Shown here: in pieces, positions 28,763 to 43,668 of the stretch
Position numbering within the stretch: the first letter of the stretch is position 1
Layout of the letters: each line of letters begins with the position of its first letter
Assembly: GCA_951406725.2 (NCBI GenBank)
Contig: OX597818.1
Location: 32,612,001-32,676,000, forward strand
DNA length: 64,000 bases
Direction: 5' to 3'
Source: Octopus vulgaris
Lineage: Eukaryota
Made by a program: the position numbers and the translations under genes
Notes under the pieces: generated by a model
The model's input: only the letters and a program-made list of their open reading frames with translations
What the model was told of the DNA's origin: nothing
Databases searched by the model: none

Positions 28763-30433
28763 ATGTATAAATCAGCCTGTGTGTCTGTATTTGTTCCCCA
28801 TCACTGCTTGATAACCGGTGTTGGTGTCTTTACGTCCCCGTAACTTAGCGGTTGGGCAAAAGAGGCCGATAGAATAAGTGCTAGGCTTTAAAAAATAGTC
28901 CTGGGGTCGATTCGATTTGTTTGACTAAAATCCTTCGGGGCGGTGCTCCAGCATTGCCGCAGTCAAATGACTGAAGCAAATAAAAGAATACAAGAATATT
29001 CCTATACCAAAGGAGTTTGTTTTAATTGTGTCATGGCGTTTTCTTGTGTACTCTACGAAGGTTTCAATGGGTTCTACATACGATACACTTATTTATTCCT
29101 TGCTGGAAATGCTTTACGTAAGCCACATATCATAGAAATGCATTAATATCACATCTTTCTATTTATAATATACTGAAGAATTTTTTCTATGTCTTGTTTG
29201 CGCTTGTCAGCGTAAAGAAACTTATGTAATTGTAGCAATTTATGGCAAGCAGGTGGTAACTCCTGTCACCCTAGCTTCAAGCCCACCAGACCACGTGGTT
29301 TCGATCTCTATTGGCTCTCCTCGGTGGTGGGTACTCGTTGCGTATGTATGTCTTTGTGTTTGTCCCTCAACACTGCTTGACAACAACTGTCCGGCAAAAG
29401 AAACTGATAGAATAAGTAGCAGGCTTAAAAAGAAATTAATTATTTGGCTCGATCCATTCGACTAAAAATCCTTCAAGGAGGTGCTCCAGAATGGCAGCAG
29501 TCTAATGACGGACACTAATAAAGGATATAAGATATAAAGAAAATCACTATATATTTTCCATCTGTTATTCGTCATGGCAATCAATTTGTCACATGTGATT
29601 ATTAGGTTGCCAAAGTTAACAAATAATGAACTTAATTAAATTTTCAGAGATATAAGTATATGAGTGATTAGATCTGTGGGCTATTAAGATGAAATTTTCC
29701 TTGGTCCACGTGAACAGATGAATTCCAGTCTGCAAATTAATCAAACAAACGTTGCCATTGTTTTGAATAGCGAACTGTTCCAATGCTACGGTCAAGCAAC
29801 AGAGCCCGAAGGATCTAGTTATGTTTCGTGTACGCAATATGTAATAGAAATACTTCAAGCAGTAAAGTAAATTTTAAAATTTGGAGGAGGTGGATGAGAT
29901 GTCCAACGTTTCAAGCAAACTCCTTCTTCGGGGAGAGAAATTAATTGTTCGCTGACGTTCAAGAATAATTAAATTGAGATTAATGAATGAGAGAGAGTAA
30001 AAGAGAAAGAGCGGGGAATGCAGAAGAGGTAACAAGTGTTGATGGAGTAGAAAAGCCAACGGTAAGAGCAACGAAATAATAAAAGAAAATATCTGAGCAT
30101 TTGAAAGATTTTGTGGGAGGCAAGAGAGCTGACAATGAAGAAATGCTATACTGAACATAGAAACGCACGCGTACAAACATACACACACAGTGATACATAT
30201 GCATAGATGCATGTGCGCATTCGTGACATTTTTGCATGGCGCAACCACTATTCCCTATAGGGCTGCTGCAACATAATCAAAATCTCCGTAAAAGTTCTTA
30301 ATTTGAAAGGAAAATTTTCATGCAAGCATGTTTCCCTTCGAAATCTTTCTTTGGGCATTCGTTCATTATAGAATGTTTATGTTGATCACTACCAGACGTG
30401 GCATGGTATGCCTATAATTACACTGAAGATCAA

Positions 30434-30483
<50 letters not shown>

Positions 30484-30681
30484 AAACACACACAGTAGTC
30501 GCGTGCTCGCTGCACCGAATGGTTTGGTTGACGCACTGTTTAAAAGATGTTTCCTTTTAAATAGGAGCACGTGCGTATCTATCAATCAATCTATCTATCT
30601 ATCTGTCATTCAATCTATCTATTTATCTATCTATCTATCTGTCAATCTATCTATCTGTCTGTCTGCCTGTCTGTCTATCTA

Positions 30682-30715
<34 letters not shown>

Positions 30716-30736
30716 GTCTGTCTGTCTTTCTGTCTG

Positions 30737-30779
<43 letters not shown>

Positions 30780-30800
30780 GTCTGTCTGTCTGTCTGTCTG

Positions 30801-30839
<39 letters not shown>

Positions 30840-30996
30840 ATTCCTCTCTTTCTCTGTCTATTTCTGCCTGTTATACGATGACTACAGCGCATCTAATATC
30901 ATTTATCTTAGACGTTATCTCATTGTAATTTTCCACAAACGCTACACGTGCATTACCGTGCACACGCATGTACGCATGCACACACACACTCTCTCT

Positions 30997-31035
<39 letters not shown>

Positions 31036-33786
31036 GTACACACACACACACAAGTACACACACACACACACACAAGCACACACAAGCACACACAATCACA
31101 CATACACATCTTTTTAATTCCAAACAACGAAAACGGATAAAGATATATTTGAAACCGTCAAATTACGTTGATCTCTGTCGTCATCTCTTTTAACAGGTGC
31201 TGCCGAGTATGAAAAGACTATAAAGCAGGAAGACAGTTTCAATATGATGAAGACAGTGATAATAGCTGTTTGCAGCGCTGGAGCTTATCTCGCACTTGTT
31301 ATTGGCCTCACGGCCTTCTGTAGTTACCGGCTTTTAATGCAAAGACGAAACAGGAAAGCGTTTTCACCAAGTACGTGTTTGTTGTATTAAACTTGGGATT
31401 GTTTGATTGGAAGCTTATCTGAGCACGTCTTTACTACATAACGCTCTTGTTCATGAATGCATGCAATAAGGAGAGCGAATCACTACATCGAATAAATATG
31501 CGTCGTTTGATATAAATAACTTTGAAAATCCACAATAAGACCTGGTAGCATAAAATTATATGGAAGAGTGAATGTATGTGTATGTGTGTGTGTGTGAGAG
31601 AGAGAGAGAGGTGGAGAGAGAGGCGGAGAGGGGGAGAGAACCAGTGACAGATGGCTTTTCTTAATATAACCAAATCTTCTAAATCGGTACTTCTCAAAGT
31701 GGGAGGTGTTGCCCCCACTGGGAACCGATAGAAAGATTTATATATGTACTGGAGACAAAGGCGGCGAACTGGCAGGAACGTTAGCACGACGGGCGAAATG
31801 CGTAGCCGTATTTCGTCTGCCGTTCCGTTCTGAGTTCAAATTCCGCCGAGGTCGACTTTGCCTTTCATCCTTTCGGGGTCGATTAAATAAGTACCAGTTA
31901 CGCACTGGACTCGATATAATTGACTTAATCCGTTTGTATGTCCTTGTTTGTCCTCTCTGTGTTTAGCCTCTTGTGGGTAGTAAAGAAATAGGTATGTATT
32001 GGGGACAAAGGGAGCGGTAGGGATGGCGATAGGTTGCTTTGATTTTTATAAACATTTAAAATTTTTATTTTGTGTACGAATCAGCTGCTAAAATTAGTTC
32101 TGATTTACACCCGTAATTATTGGAGCATTACGATGTGTTGCCAACTGGCTCAACGTCAACCTTGAGAAATTAGGATTCTCTAAACCAGAAAGACGAAAGC
32201 TAATTACAAGACTACAGACACAACCAATCAATGGAACTGTCAAAATATAATAAAACATTCCAACAGCTTAACAACGTAAGTACAAATGCGCGTTTAGACG
32301 TGCAACTATGTGCATGACTGCACATACCTAAAACATGCAAATCTGCACATCTACTGACTCCAAATAGTTGCGCATTTATGTGCTCAACTAATATACTGTT
32401 GACGTTGTCGAAATTCCAATGACGGAGTCTTGGATCTAATTTTTAAAACCGGCTCTTTCCCCATTGCGGGAAATCTAGAAATAAATCTAAATAATAGCAT
32501 ACATCGTAATTTGGGATGGTGAACGAAACTCTGTACGGTAGCGGAAGTATAACCATGGGTGTGTGGTTAAGAAGCTCTCTTGGCAACCACGGGATTTCGT
32601 TTTCAGTCCCATTGCGCGACATCTTGGGCAAGTGTCTTCTGCTATAGCCCCGGGCTGACCAATGCCTTGTGAGTGAATTCGCTAGACAGAAACTGTGTAG
32701 AAATTGTCGAATGTGTGTGTGTGTGAGTGAGTGACTCCTCCCCCGCTTGAAAACCAGTGTTGGATTGTTTAAAAATAAAAAATGCGCCCTTTTAAAGTCT
32801 AGCCATGCTCATGGGCCCGGTTTCCCAGTTTCTATGGCGTATGTGTTCCCCACCCGGACGGAACGCCAGTCCATCGCAGTGTTACTCATTTTTGCTAGCT
32901 AAGTATACTGGAGCAACGTGAAATGAAGTGTTTTGCTCAAGAACACAACGCGTCGCTCGGTCCAGGAATTGAAACTATAATCTTACGATCATGATGCTGA
33001 CATCCTAACCACTAAGCCACGCGCCTCCACGTTGGATTGTTTACGCTCCCATAACTCAATTGTTCAGCAAAGAATTCGATGGAATAAGTTTCAGACTTTT
33101 CTTTCAAAAAATAAGTACTGGGGGATGTTCGACTAAACTGTGCGCAATTGTGCTCCAGCATGGCTGCAATCCATATAAATATTAACAAAAAAAAAAAGAA
33201 AAAAAAGATATCAGAGCATCAGATAAATTCTCATATCCTTGTTTCCTAAGAATCCAGAATTCTCAATGTTGCTGTCTAATGTTTAAAATTTATCTCTTTT
33301 CTTTCTTTTTTTTTTTTTCTTTTTCATTGAAACAGACGCAAAGGGTGATAATGGTGACATGGCCAGGGAACAGCACGAGTTGCTTGTGAATGACAGGGAT
33401 CGGGAATCCGGACGAGAATCTGGTACTCATTTCAAGAGTGACAGCGATAATCGATCTCATGCCTCCGGTATGAGTTCCTCTCATCTTTCTCATTCTTCCC
33501 ACTCCTACCATTCACGTAGCCGCCGCGACAGTTATGACCGTTACCATTACCCGAGGCAAAATCTCCGGACTCTTTACGTATTGGGTAAAATATCATTTTT
33601 TTTTCTTTCTTTCATACGTTGTCTCTCACTTGAAATTCTCGTTGTGCGTGCGTCTGAATGTATATGTTTGAGTGAGGGCTTGTGCAGAGATGTGTGTTTA
33701 TGTACATATGCGTGAAAATACTTATATACATACATACAGATGTACATATACATACATTCATTGATACATACATCCATCCATCCAAC

Positions 33787-33844
<58 letters not shown>

Positions 33845-34506
33845 GATAGATAGATAAATAGATATAGATACAGATATAGATATATGTATAAAATATATGT
33901 ATGTATATGTTTATATATGTATTTATGTATGTAATGATATATGTATAATGTATATAATATATATAAAAAAAATATATATATATTATATATATATATATAG
34001 ATATGTATAATATATATGTATATAATATTTATATATGCATATATCTGTAGGTACGCATCTATGTGTGTGTGTGTGTGCATATGTAACTATCTATCTGTTT
34101 ATCTGTCTATCTATCTATATATCTATCTATCTATCTATCAACATACACACGCACATAACCACACGCCGGTACAGAGAGAGAGAGAGAGAGAAATTTCTCT
34201 GAATTTCTTTTTGTATATTTTACTGCCAGACGTCAATCAACATCACAGCAAGCCAATTCTGGTTACAGTCACTACTACATTCAAAACTAACCAACCAGCC
34301 AACTAACCAACCAACCAATCTGACAACCATCCATCCATCCATCCATCCAACCGACCAACCAACCGACCAACCAACCGACCAGCTAGCCACACATCTCACA
34401 ATAATAATACACAACATTCAATTTCTATCTGAAATTTCTGTCTCCGAAACCATCTAACTTCACAGTTCCATTATATATCACCAGCATCATTTGCTACCAC
34501 CATCAC

Positions 34507-34556
<50 letters not shown>

Positions 34557-37500
34557 GCTACTGCTGCTGCTACCACCACCACTGCTACTACACGTCCAAT
34601 CTCCATCACATCTTCGGCAAGCAGTTTTCAATCAATTTCTAATTGTTTCCTTCAAGGCTTATTTTTTTTTTATATATTTCGTTATCATTTTTCCCATTCT
34701 TTTGTTAGTTAGCCAACAAATTATATATCGCCCCGAGAACCATCAGTCTGTCTGTATGTAGATTCATTTCATAAAATGTTGTTCTACTTTACCTCAACTT
34801 CAGTGATGTTGTCTTATCAACAACATTTCATATTTTCTAAAATATTGATTTCCTACTTTAAACACAAAACCACATACTCATGTATATATATATATATATA
34901 TCTATATATATAACTGTAGGACGTTTATGCTTTTCTCAAATAATACTGGTTTTGGTATTATTTTTGTTGTTGTTGCTTTGGCTGTATGGTAAGACATTTT
35001 TTTCCCTGCAACATGGTTTCAGGGTTCAATACTACTGTGTGGCACCTTTGGCAAGTGTCTTTGTCAAAAGCTCTGGGCTGACCAAAGCCTTATGATTAGA
35101 TTTAGTAGACAGAAACCGAAAAAAGCCAGTTATATATATATATATTAAAAATACAAAAATGGGACAACAAAACATCCAGACAGACGATACAAAGAAAACA
35201 AGGACGGGTCATTTGGAGTTTTCTATCCTCAGTTGAGTTCCAGATTATCTTTGCAATCTTGGCTGGTTATACTCGAGATTGCTTCAATCTGGCCAGCCCC
35301 AAGGAAAAACTAAGCTAAGAGCATTAGATTGCTTGGAAGAGAGCAGCGAATGTATACGAAAACAAGGAACGAAAAAAACAGAGAATGTTACACAAATACA
35401 AATAACAGGATATAACAACAGGTGTCTTTCGACCAAGGACGAATTAAAGCTGGCATGTGTGGAAGTAAGGCCTTATGGCAGGGACATAAGATGTGTGTGT
35501 CTTTGTGTCTGTTTATCCTCCCATCACTGCTTGACAACCTGTGTTGGTGTGTTCATGTCCTTGCAACATAGCAGTTCAGTAAGTGTCTTCTACAAAAGCT
35601 CTGGACTGACCAAGGCCTTGTGAATGGTTTTGGTAGATAGAAACTGTGAAAAAGCCCATTGTATATATGTGAGGAGACACAGGTATGGATGTGTGGAGGT
35701 GCAGGCATGGTTTTGTGGTAAGAAGTTTGCTTCTGAGCCACATGGTTCTGGGTTCAGTCCCACTGCATAGCAACTTGGGTAAGTGTCTTCTACTATATCT
35801 TTGGGCTGACCAAAGCTTTGTGACTGGATTTGGTAGACAGAAACTGAAAGAAGACTGTCATATAAAAGACTGTTTGTGCTTGTCCACCATCACTTGACAA
35901 CTGGTGTTGGTTTGTTCACATCCCCACAACTTAGTATCTCACCATAAGAGACACACACAATAAGTACTAGTGTTTAAAAAAGCAAAACAAAAAATACTGA
36001 GTCATGTACTGTTCATCTAAAGACTTCAAAACATTGCCCCTACATGGCTGCATCTGATTCATTATCAAAAGTGTTCCAGCCATGATCATCCCAACTTAGG
36101 ATTATATTTTTCAGTGTGTATTTCTGTACTTTTGAAGCTTGTAATGCTTGAGTTGAGAGCATTTTGACTGCTCTTTCTAGCAGCTTTACTGAGATGCTGA
36201 CCTAAGAGAATTCATGTCATTTCCATACAATTAAAATCCCACCTGGAATTAAATGCATTTCCCTATTTCTATTCACCTGAAAGTTATCTTTTTGCTTAGT
36301 GTGGTTTTATAACACTAGTTAGAAGGCTGTAGACTGGTATCATATATAAAGCATTGTATTAGCTATGGCCCTTTACAATCTCTTTTAAAATCCCTGCAGG
36401 CTTGGCTTTGCCTTTCATCATTCAGGGGTCAATAAAATTAAGTATCAGTAAAGGGTTGAGATTGATACAATTGACTATGCATTCTTTCACCTTTGAATAT
36501 GTGGCAATTTTTACACCTACATTAAAAATAAGTATGTTTTTTTTTGCATAAACACAAATCCGGTTGATAAAATAGATATCTGTAGTTGATAAGAAATGTA
36601 CCTGTCAAGTACTGAGATTAATACAATGGACAATATGCACCATAACTCCAAATAGGCAGTTTAATGTGCACCTATGTTAGAAATCTTGCATAGGTACTAA
36701 AAACTTTACATGAATAATGATCAATAGACATCAGAAATCATATACAAATGAAAGAGAGTGTTGTGAAAGTATATTATAGATGCATTAGATTAATACTTAA
36801 GGTAGAGCTCAATGAAAAAGTATTTATATTTTAGCTATGCTCTAGCTGTCTTACTAAACTGAGTGGGTACATAGAGAAAAAAAAAATCACAATACTATCT
36901 GAAAGTGATTGTAAACTAAGATTAGATTTTTAATTGAGGCACAAGATCAAAGACTTCCAATCAGAATCTATGGAAAGCAGGAGATTAAGAATTCATGAAA
37001 TAATTGCAGAATGTGTGGAGGCTGGAAAAATATACTTGCTCTATCTATTTGTTTCTGGTTGCAAGAAAGGACCTTAGACATCCAAGGGAAATTAAACAAG
37101 CATAATGAAATATTGGCTCATTCCATAAATGATGTGCTTTTTTTATACTTCTTTTATTTTTCAAAATTAAGATGAACAAACTTCATTTTTAATCTAGAAT
37201 ATACTATCCTTCATTTTCTACATTGCTTTTCCATCTATCTGGTAGACTGGCGAGTCCCCTCTTCACTTGTCTGTGACGAAAAATACTCCTCCAGTATTGT
37301 TCTGACCTCATCTACAGAATTCATATTTTTCCAACCAAATGATTTTGAAGACTGTGGAATAAATGATAATCAGATGGGGCAATGTCCTGCAAATATGGTG
37401 GGTGGGGCATCCTTTCCCATTCAAACTGCTCCAGTCTTTGGAACGTCATCCTTGCTTGTATGTAACTGAGAATTATCCTAATGGAAGAACACCTTTCGTC

Positions 37501-40500
37501 TTGAAACCAAACACGATTGTTTTTCTTCTAGCTCTGACTTAAGCTGCTCAAGCTGTTCACTGTATATTTCCTTTGTTATCGTTTGGTTTGGGTTTAAAAG
37601 TTCAAAGTGGATTAAACCATTTGTATCCCACCAAACAGATAACAACACCTTACACGGGTGAAGACCTTCTTTAGCCTGGGGTGCTGGTGTTTCTCCTTTC
37701 CCTGCCCACTGTCTTTGGTGTTGGACATTTTTATAGACAACCCATTTCTCATCACCAGTCACTATTTGGTCAAAATGATTCATTTGTGAGATGTGACAGC
37801 AAAGAATTTACATGGATAATGATCAATAAATAGACATCAGAAATCATACAAATGAAAGAGAGTGTTATGCATTCACTCCCTGCATGTGATCAGACTCAGA
37901 AAGTTTGTGAGAAACCCATTGACCCAAGTTGCTGACTTTTCCATTGGCACACAGATATCGGTGAATGGTTGAATGACCAAATCCATGCATCTCTGTTAGT
38001 TTCTCAATAGTTATGCTGGGATTTTGTTCCACCAGGGTTTGCAAAACCACCAGGATGAGGCTCAGAATTTCTGGAACTGCCATTGATACTGGCTTACACT
38101 TATTGTCTGATACCTATATACTGCATAAATATTCCTCACATTTTCCCTTTCATTGTTGCCTTTATTGAACTCATAAAACAAAATATGCCGAATATGTTCA
38201 TTTGTCACTTCCATAATAGCTTTGAAAGAATAACTGTTAAAATCAAACTGCACCCTTCAAAACTTGTACTAAGAATAAGTACAAGGTAAAATTACTACCT
38301 GGTTTTATAGCAAGTTGATGCCGGTAGTTCATCCTGTCCTCTTCCTACTTTTAGTTCATGCAATTGAAACAACTGCATTATTTATGGGATGACCCAACAC
38401 TAGCAAAAGGGACAATGTATACTGTAAATGTAGGCCAGAATGAATCAATGACAATGCTAAGACAACAATATCTTGGTATATGCCAGTCTGCACAAGCAGA
38501 GATATCAAAATTCATCTGATGGATTTGGTTTCCAAGGACCAACGATGCAGAAATGCCTCATAATCGACATTTATATTAGAAAAATCAATATTATATCCCT
38601 ACATGAAATGGAGAAGTTATCCAGATATGAAGATCTAGCAACAGAGGTAACCAGAATGCTGGGGCTGAAACATAAATAGTCTCTCTAATAATAAGTAACT
38701 TAAAAGGGATCAAAAAGTATGCAGATAGTAAACAGATTTTAAAGCACCTTATTTAATAGACTTAGTCCTAGAAAATAATACAAACTAATCATTAGATTCC
38801 TTTATACAAATTTTGAACCATTCATTGTTTCTCTGCATTATAAGTGCTTTATAATACTTTATAGTGGAGGCGCATGGCTTAGTGGTGAGGGTGTCAGCAC
38901 CATGATCATAAGATTGTGGTTTCGATTCCTAGACCGGGCGACGCATTGTGTTCTTGAGCAAAACACTTCATTTCACATTGCTCCAGTCCACTCAGCTGGC
39001 AAAAATGAGTAATGTTGTGATGGACTGGCGTCCCGTCCACCTGGGGAACACATATGCCATAGAAACTGGGAAACCGGGCCCATGAGCCTGGCCAGGTTTT
39101 AAAAGGGCGCATTTATTTTATTATTTTTATAATACTTTATGAGAAAGTAAAATAAAAACTAAATATTACAGTTCTACAGTTGTGTAAATATTTCCAACTT
39201 CAAATGTATGTTGGAAAAGCAAATAATATATACCAAAATGAAATGGAGTTGTTATCCAGATATGAAAATCTAACAATAGAGATAGCCAGAATGTTGGGAG
39301 CAAAAACAGAAATAGTCTCTGTAATAAGTAACTTGGGAGGGATTAAAGCATGCAGAAAGCAAATGCATGACCAAAATGTAAGGACCACTCAAAATGCAGA
39401 AAATAGCACTGCTAAACTCTAAATTACATTCAATATAGTAGGAAATACAAAATCTGAATAAAATGCTTCACTTTCATCAAGGCATACAGATATGTTTCTT
39501 CATTCTGTGAAATTCTGTGATTACAAAATAGGACATTTTGGAAAATAATTGGAATAGTAATAAAATAATCTTCCTTTATCTCTATTTTTGATGTTGTTGA
39601 TGCTGCTGATATCATTGATTTAATATTCAATGTCACTGAAAAATATTCATAAAAGTGCAGAAAGTGGTGAGATGGCAGAATCATTTGCATGCTGGACAAA
39701 ATGCTTAGTGGTTTTTAGCCCATCTTTCAAATCCCGCCGAGGTCGACTTTGCCTTTCGTCCTTTCGGGGTCGATTAAATAAGAATCAATTACGCACTGGG
39801 GTCAATATAATCGACTTAATCCATTTTTCTGTCCTTGTTTGTCCCTTCTGTGTTTAGCCCCTTGTGAGTAGTAAAGAAATAGGTATTTAGTCCATCTTTA
39901 TATTCTGAGTTCAAATTCTACCAAGGTCAACGTCATCTTTAATCCTTTCAGAGTTGTTAAAATAAGTACCAGTTGAGTACCTAAAATAAGTGCCAGTTGA
40001 GTACTGTGGTCAATGTAATCAACTTAACTCCTTTCTAGAAATTACTGGCCTTGTGCCAAAATTTAAACCTGCAGAAGAAAATAGGAGGAGACAATATCTT
40101 TAGTAAGTCTTAGTCAATCATATATGATTAAAATGTTATCTCATCTCTCCCCTTTAATGGACATATAAAATAAATTTATCGTTACATATCTTAAAAAAAA
40201 AAAAGGACCTGTCTATGCATTTATGTGGGAAAATTCCAATACACAGTTAGAATGAGAAAGAAAAAAAGAGAGATTGCCATCAGGTTTAGGTAGGGGGCAC
40301 ATTAATATCACCATTGCATTTCCTCTTTACGCTATAACTAATGATCCTGTAACTTCTATTCAGACACTTACAAAAGGAAATTTCCCCTTTCACAAAAGCA
40401 GCAACAGCTATTCTAACAATTCACCAAATACTCATATGAATGAGAAAAGTTAAACTGCAATTTTATGAACAAGTGTTATATTGAAGAGAACTATTTATGA

Positions 40501-43500
40501 GTGAGTATGTTTGTGCGAATGGTTGTGTGTGTCTGGGTGTATTTACATGTGTGTCTCTGTCTGTCTTTGTGTGTGTGTCTCCCCTAATAACATGGCTATT
40601 ATTTACTGTAATACAGAAATAGGATTCCTGTGGTCTGGCTATAGGATTCCTGATGTTCCTTCATTCAGCTTCACTTTATTGAATCATGTTTCCTGTTGCC
40701 ACAAAACTCAATTCAAAATGCATTTCGGGTTTACTGAGTCTATTATGCCTGTTTTTTTTCTCCCCCTCACTTCTTTTGAATCCCCTACCATCAACCAACT
40801 TTCTGTTAGGGAAATCTGTCATGATCCTTTGTTCATTATTCAAACTTTTACTTCTACTTGCAGTGATTTAGCAACAGTAAATGGAACATATTTTAACACA
40901 AGCCTTTCTTAATAAGGAACACAGTTTAAGTATGTGGAGGGGTAGGACAGTGTATATAGGAGATTTCTTCAGCATCATGTCCATTCTTTCAATCAAGTTT
41001 AAAAAAAGAAAAATGATTAATAATAATATTTTCTTTAATATGTCCATAACGATGAGTGATCATCAGCTCCGTCTCTTTATACATTTTACAGCTTCTGTCA
41101 AATTTCTTTTCAAGAGTCTTTACAGACTGACCAATATCCGTGAACCAGATCTTTATTTATCTACTGTTTATTTTGTTATACTGTTCAATATATCTGTCTA
41201 AATAGGTGGCAGATGTATTCAAGCTGGTCTGAGTTGCCAGCAACTTCTCAACCATGACATCATCAGCAACACAATTTGTCTAAAATAATGACAGCTGTTT
41301 ATGAATCAGATACATTTTGAAGTTGGATATTAAACTTGTTCTCTTTTATGCCAGTTTGAAATGTTGAGACATAGATTTTAAAACCCCTCATTTACTAGAC
41401 TTATTTGTTAGAAAATGAAACAGACTAATCATTAAGATTCCTTAATTTGAATTTTGTGCTAGTTATTGTTTTTCTACATTGCAAACTGCTTAATAACACT
41501 TAATGAGAAAGTAAGATAAGAGTTAAATATTACAGCACTACACAGACTGGTAAATATTTCTAACTTCAAGTTGGAATTTTTTTATTCGTAAACAACTAGA
41601 GGTATTACTGAAAGATTCAAAGGTGATATTTCGCAGAATTTATGGATAATTTTTAAACAATACACCGGCTGTTTGCGTAACTGAAGTTATCTGAGTATGA
41701 CTCGGTAGCAAACTGTATAGAATAACCTTCTTTATAATTACATCAAATGTAGCTAGACTCACTTTACACTATCCTTGGGTGCAGTTGGCTGTCCTCATCA
41801 TTGCAGCATAATTTGCATTCAGCCAGTTATTGCTTTATTTCCTATGTATGGTGCCACATTGTGTAGTATGGCATAAATGACATTCAAAAGTTTAATTAAC
41901 CAATCTTTATTCTGTGTATTTGCTTCAACTCATGACAGGTCTTTTTACACTCAGCATATGTAATCTAATATCATTACACGAATACAATACCATTACATTC
42001 AACTGTCTTGCATGCCAAGATGAAAATCATCCCAGTTTTAATCATTCACTCTTTTTACTCATTATATATGTAAAACAAATACAATAATAAACACAAAGAA
42101 ATGAGCAATGAAGTTTTAATTTAAAAGTAAAACCGAAGAAGAGTGAAGCCATTAATGTGTATCTTGAAAATTAAGAAAATTTCATTATCAAATTTTAATA
42201 CTGATAATTTTATCTTGTGTTGTAGTACAGAAAATATAGAGTAAATTTGATATTTGTTTTGCAGACATGTCATTCATTTTTTCCAAAATATTATCTGTAT
42301 TTCAGTTGAATTTGAACATAGTAATTACATTTAAAACTGGTGAAACTATAATTAAAATATGTAAATTAATTTTGTTCATTGCAGGAAAAGGTTTGTATGG
42401 TGATGTCTTTCTAGCCCAGGCTCGCAACATTCGAGAGTCTGAAAGTGAAAGTTTGGTTGTCGTCAAATCACTGCTAAATAAGGACGAACAGCTGTTTTTT
42501 GAGTTTAAGCACGAAATGGATATGTTTTCACGCCTGGAACATCCAAATATTACCAAGCTTCTTGGTGTCTGCCGCGAAGCAGAACCAAACTTCATGATTA
42601 CAGAATATTGTGACTGGGTGTGTAGATATTTATGCTTATTTTTTGCATGGTTTCAATTTCTAGGTTATATAAAGTTTTCTTACATATTACAAGTACATTC
42701 TGTACATAAATAGATGTCTATATTATAGTTGTTATTCTAATTAATATAACATTGAGACTCCTTTACAGTGCAAACTGCCTTCAAAGCAAGAGTTATTTAC
42801 AAAATTGCTCTAAAAGAATAGTAATTCTACTCACACAAATTCAACTAAACCTCAGAAGGGTATTATGTTACAGAATTGTGCTACAACACTTTCGAATTGC
42901 AAAACTATCATCGTCATATTAATTTCAATATTGAAATATACCAAATCGAATAAAATGATGCATTAAATTAACATGTAAACAAATATTCTACAGAAAAGTT
43001 TTAAGATTTTGTAATTGTACAGAAAATGAAAAATGTTATATATATATATATATATACACATGTGTCTGGGTGTGGATGTGCCTGAGTGGTATGAGCACTT
43101 CTGCACATGCATATACACACAAGGAACTTTCAATTCCCATCAGCCAAATTAATTTACCAGGCTTTGGTTGGCACGGAGCTCCAGTTGAAGACACTGGTCT
43201 AAAACTCAGCACAATGAGACTGTGCCCAGAACAATGTGTTTGGAAAGTAAACTCTTCACTCAACAGCCACACCTGCATCGATATATATATATATATATAT
43301 ATAATATGTATATAAATGTTTGTATGTATGTGTGTGTGTATATATATATATATATAACCACCATCACCATTTGATATCCACTTTCCATGGGTTAGATGGT
43401 TTGACTGGAATTTGTAAGCTGGAAACCTGTTCTAGGTTCCAGTCTGGTTTGGCATGGATTCTATGGCTGGAGTCCTGCCCTTCCTGACACCAAGATATAT

Positions 43501-43584
43501 GTATATATGTTTGTGTGTATGTGTGTATGCATGTGTGAACACAAGACAACCTTAATCTGTTTATGAACACAGAACATAAAGAGC

Positions 43585-43668
<84 letters not shown>

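Noticed and set aside
33290-33511. Antisense ORFs over PTK7 exons (also 42302-42595, 43756-43971, 44209-44397)
   Set aside because: Shadow frames of real coding exons.
35215-35240. Hammerhead-like CTGAGGA...GAAA on the minus strand
   Set aside because: No convincing stem II, stem I or cleavage triplet.
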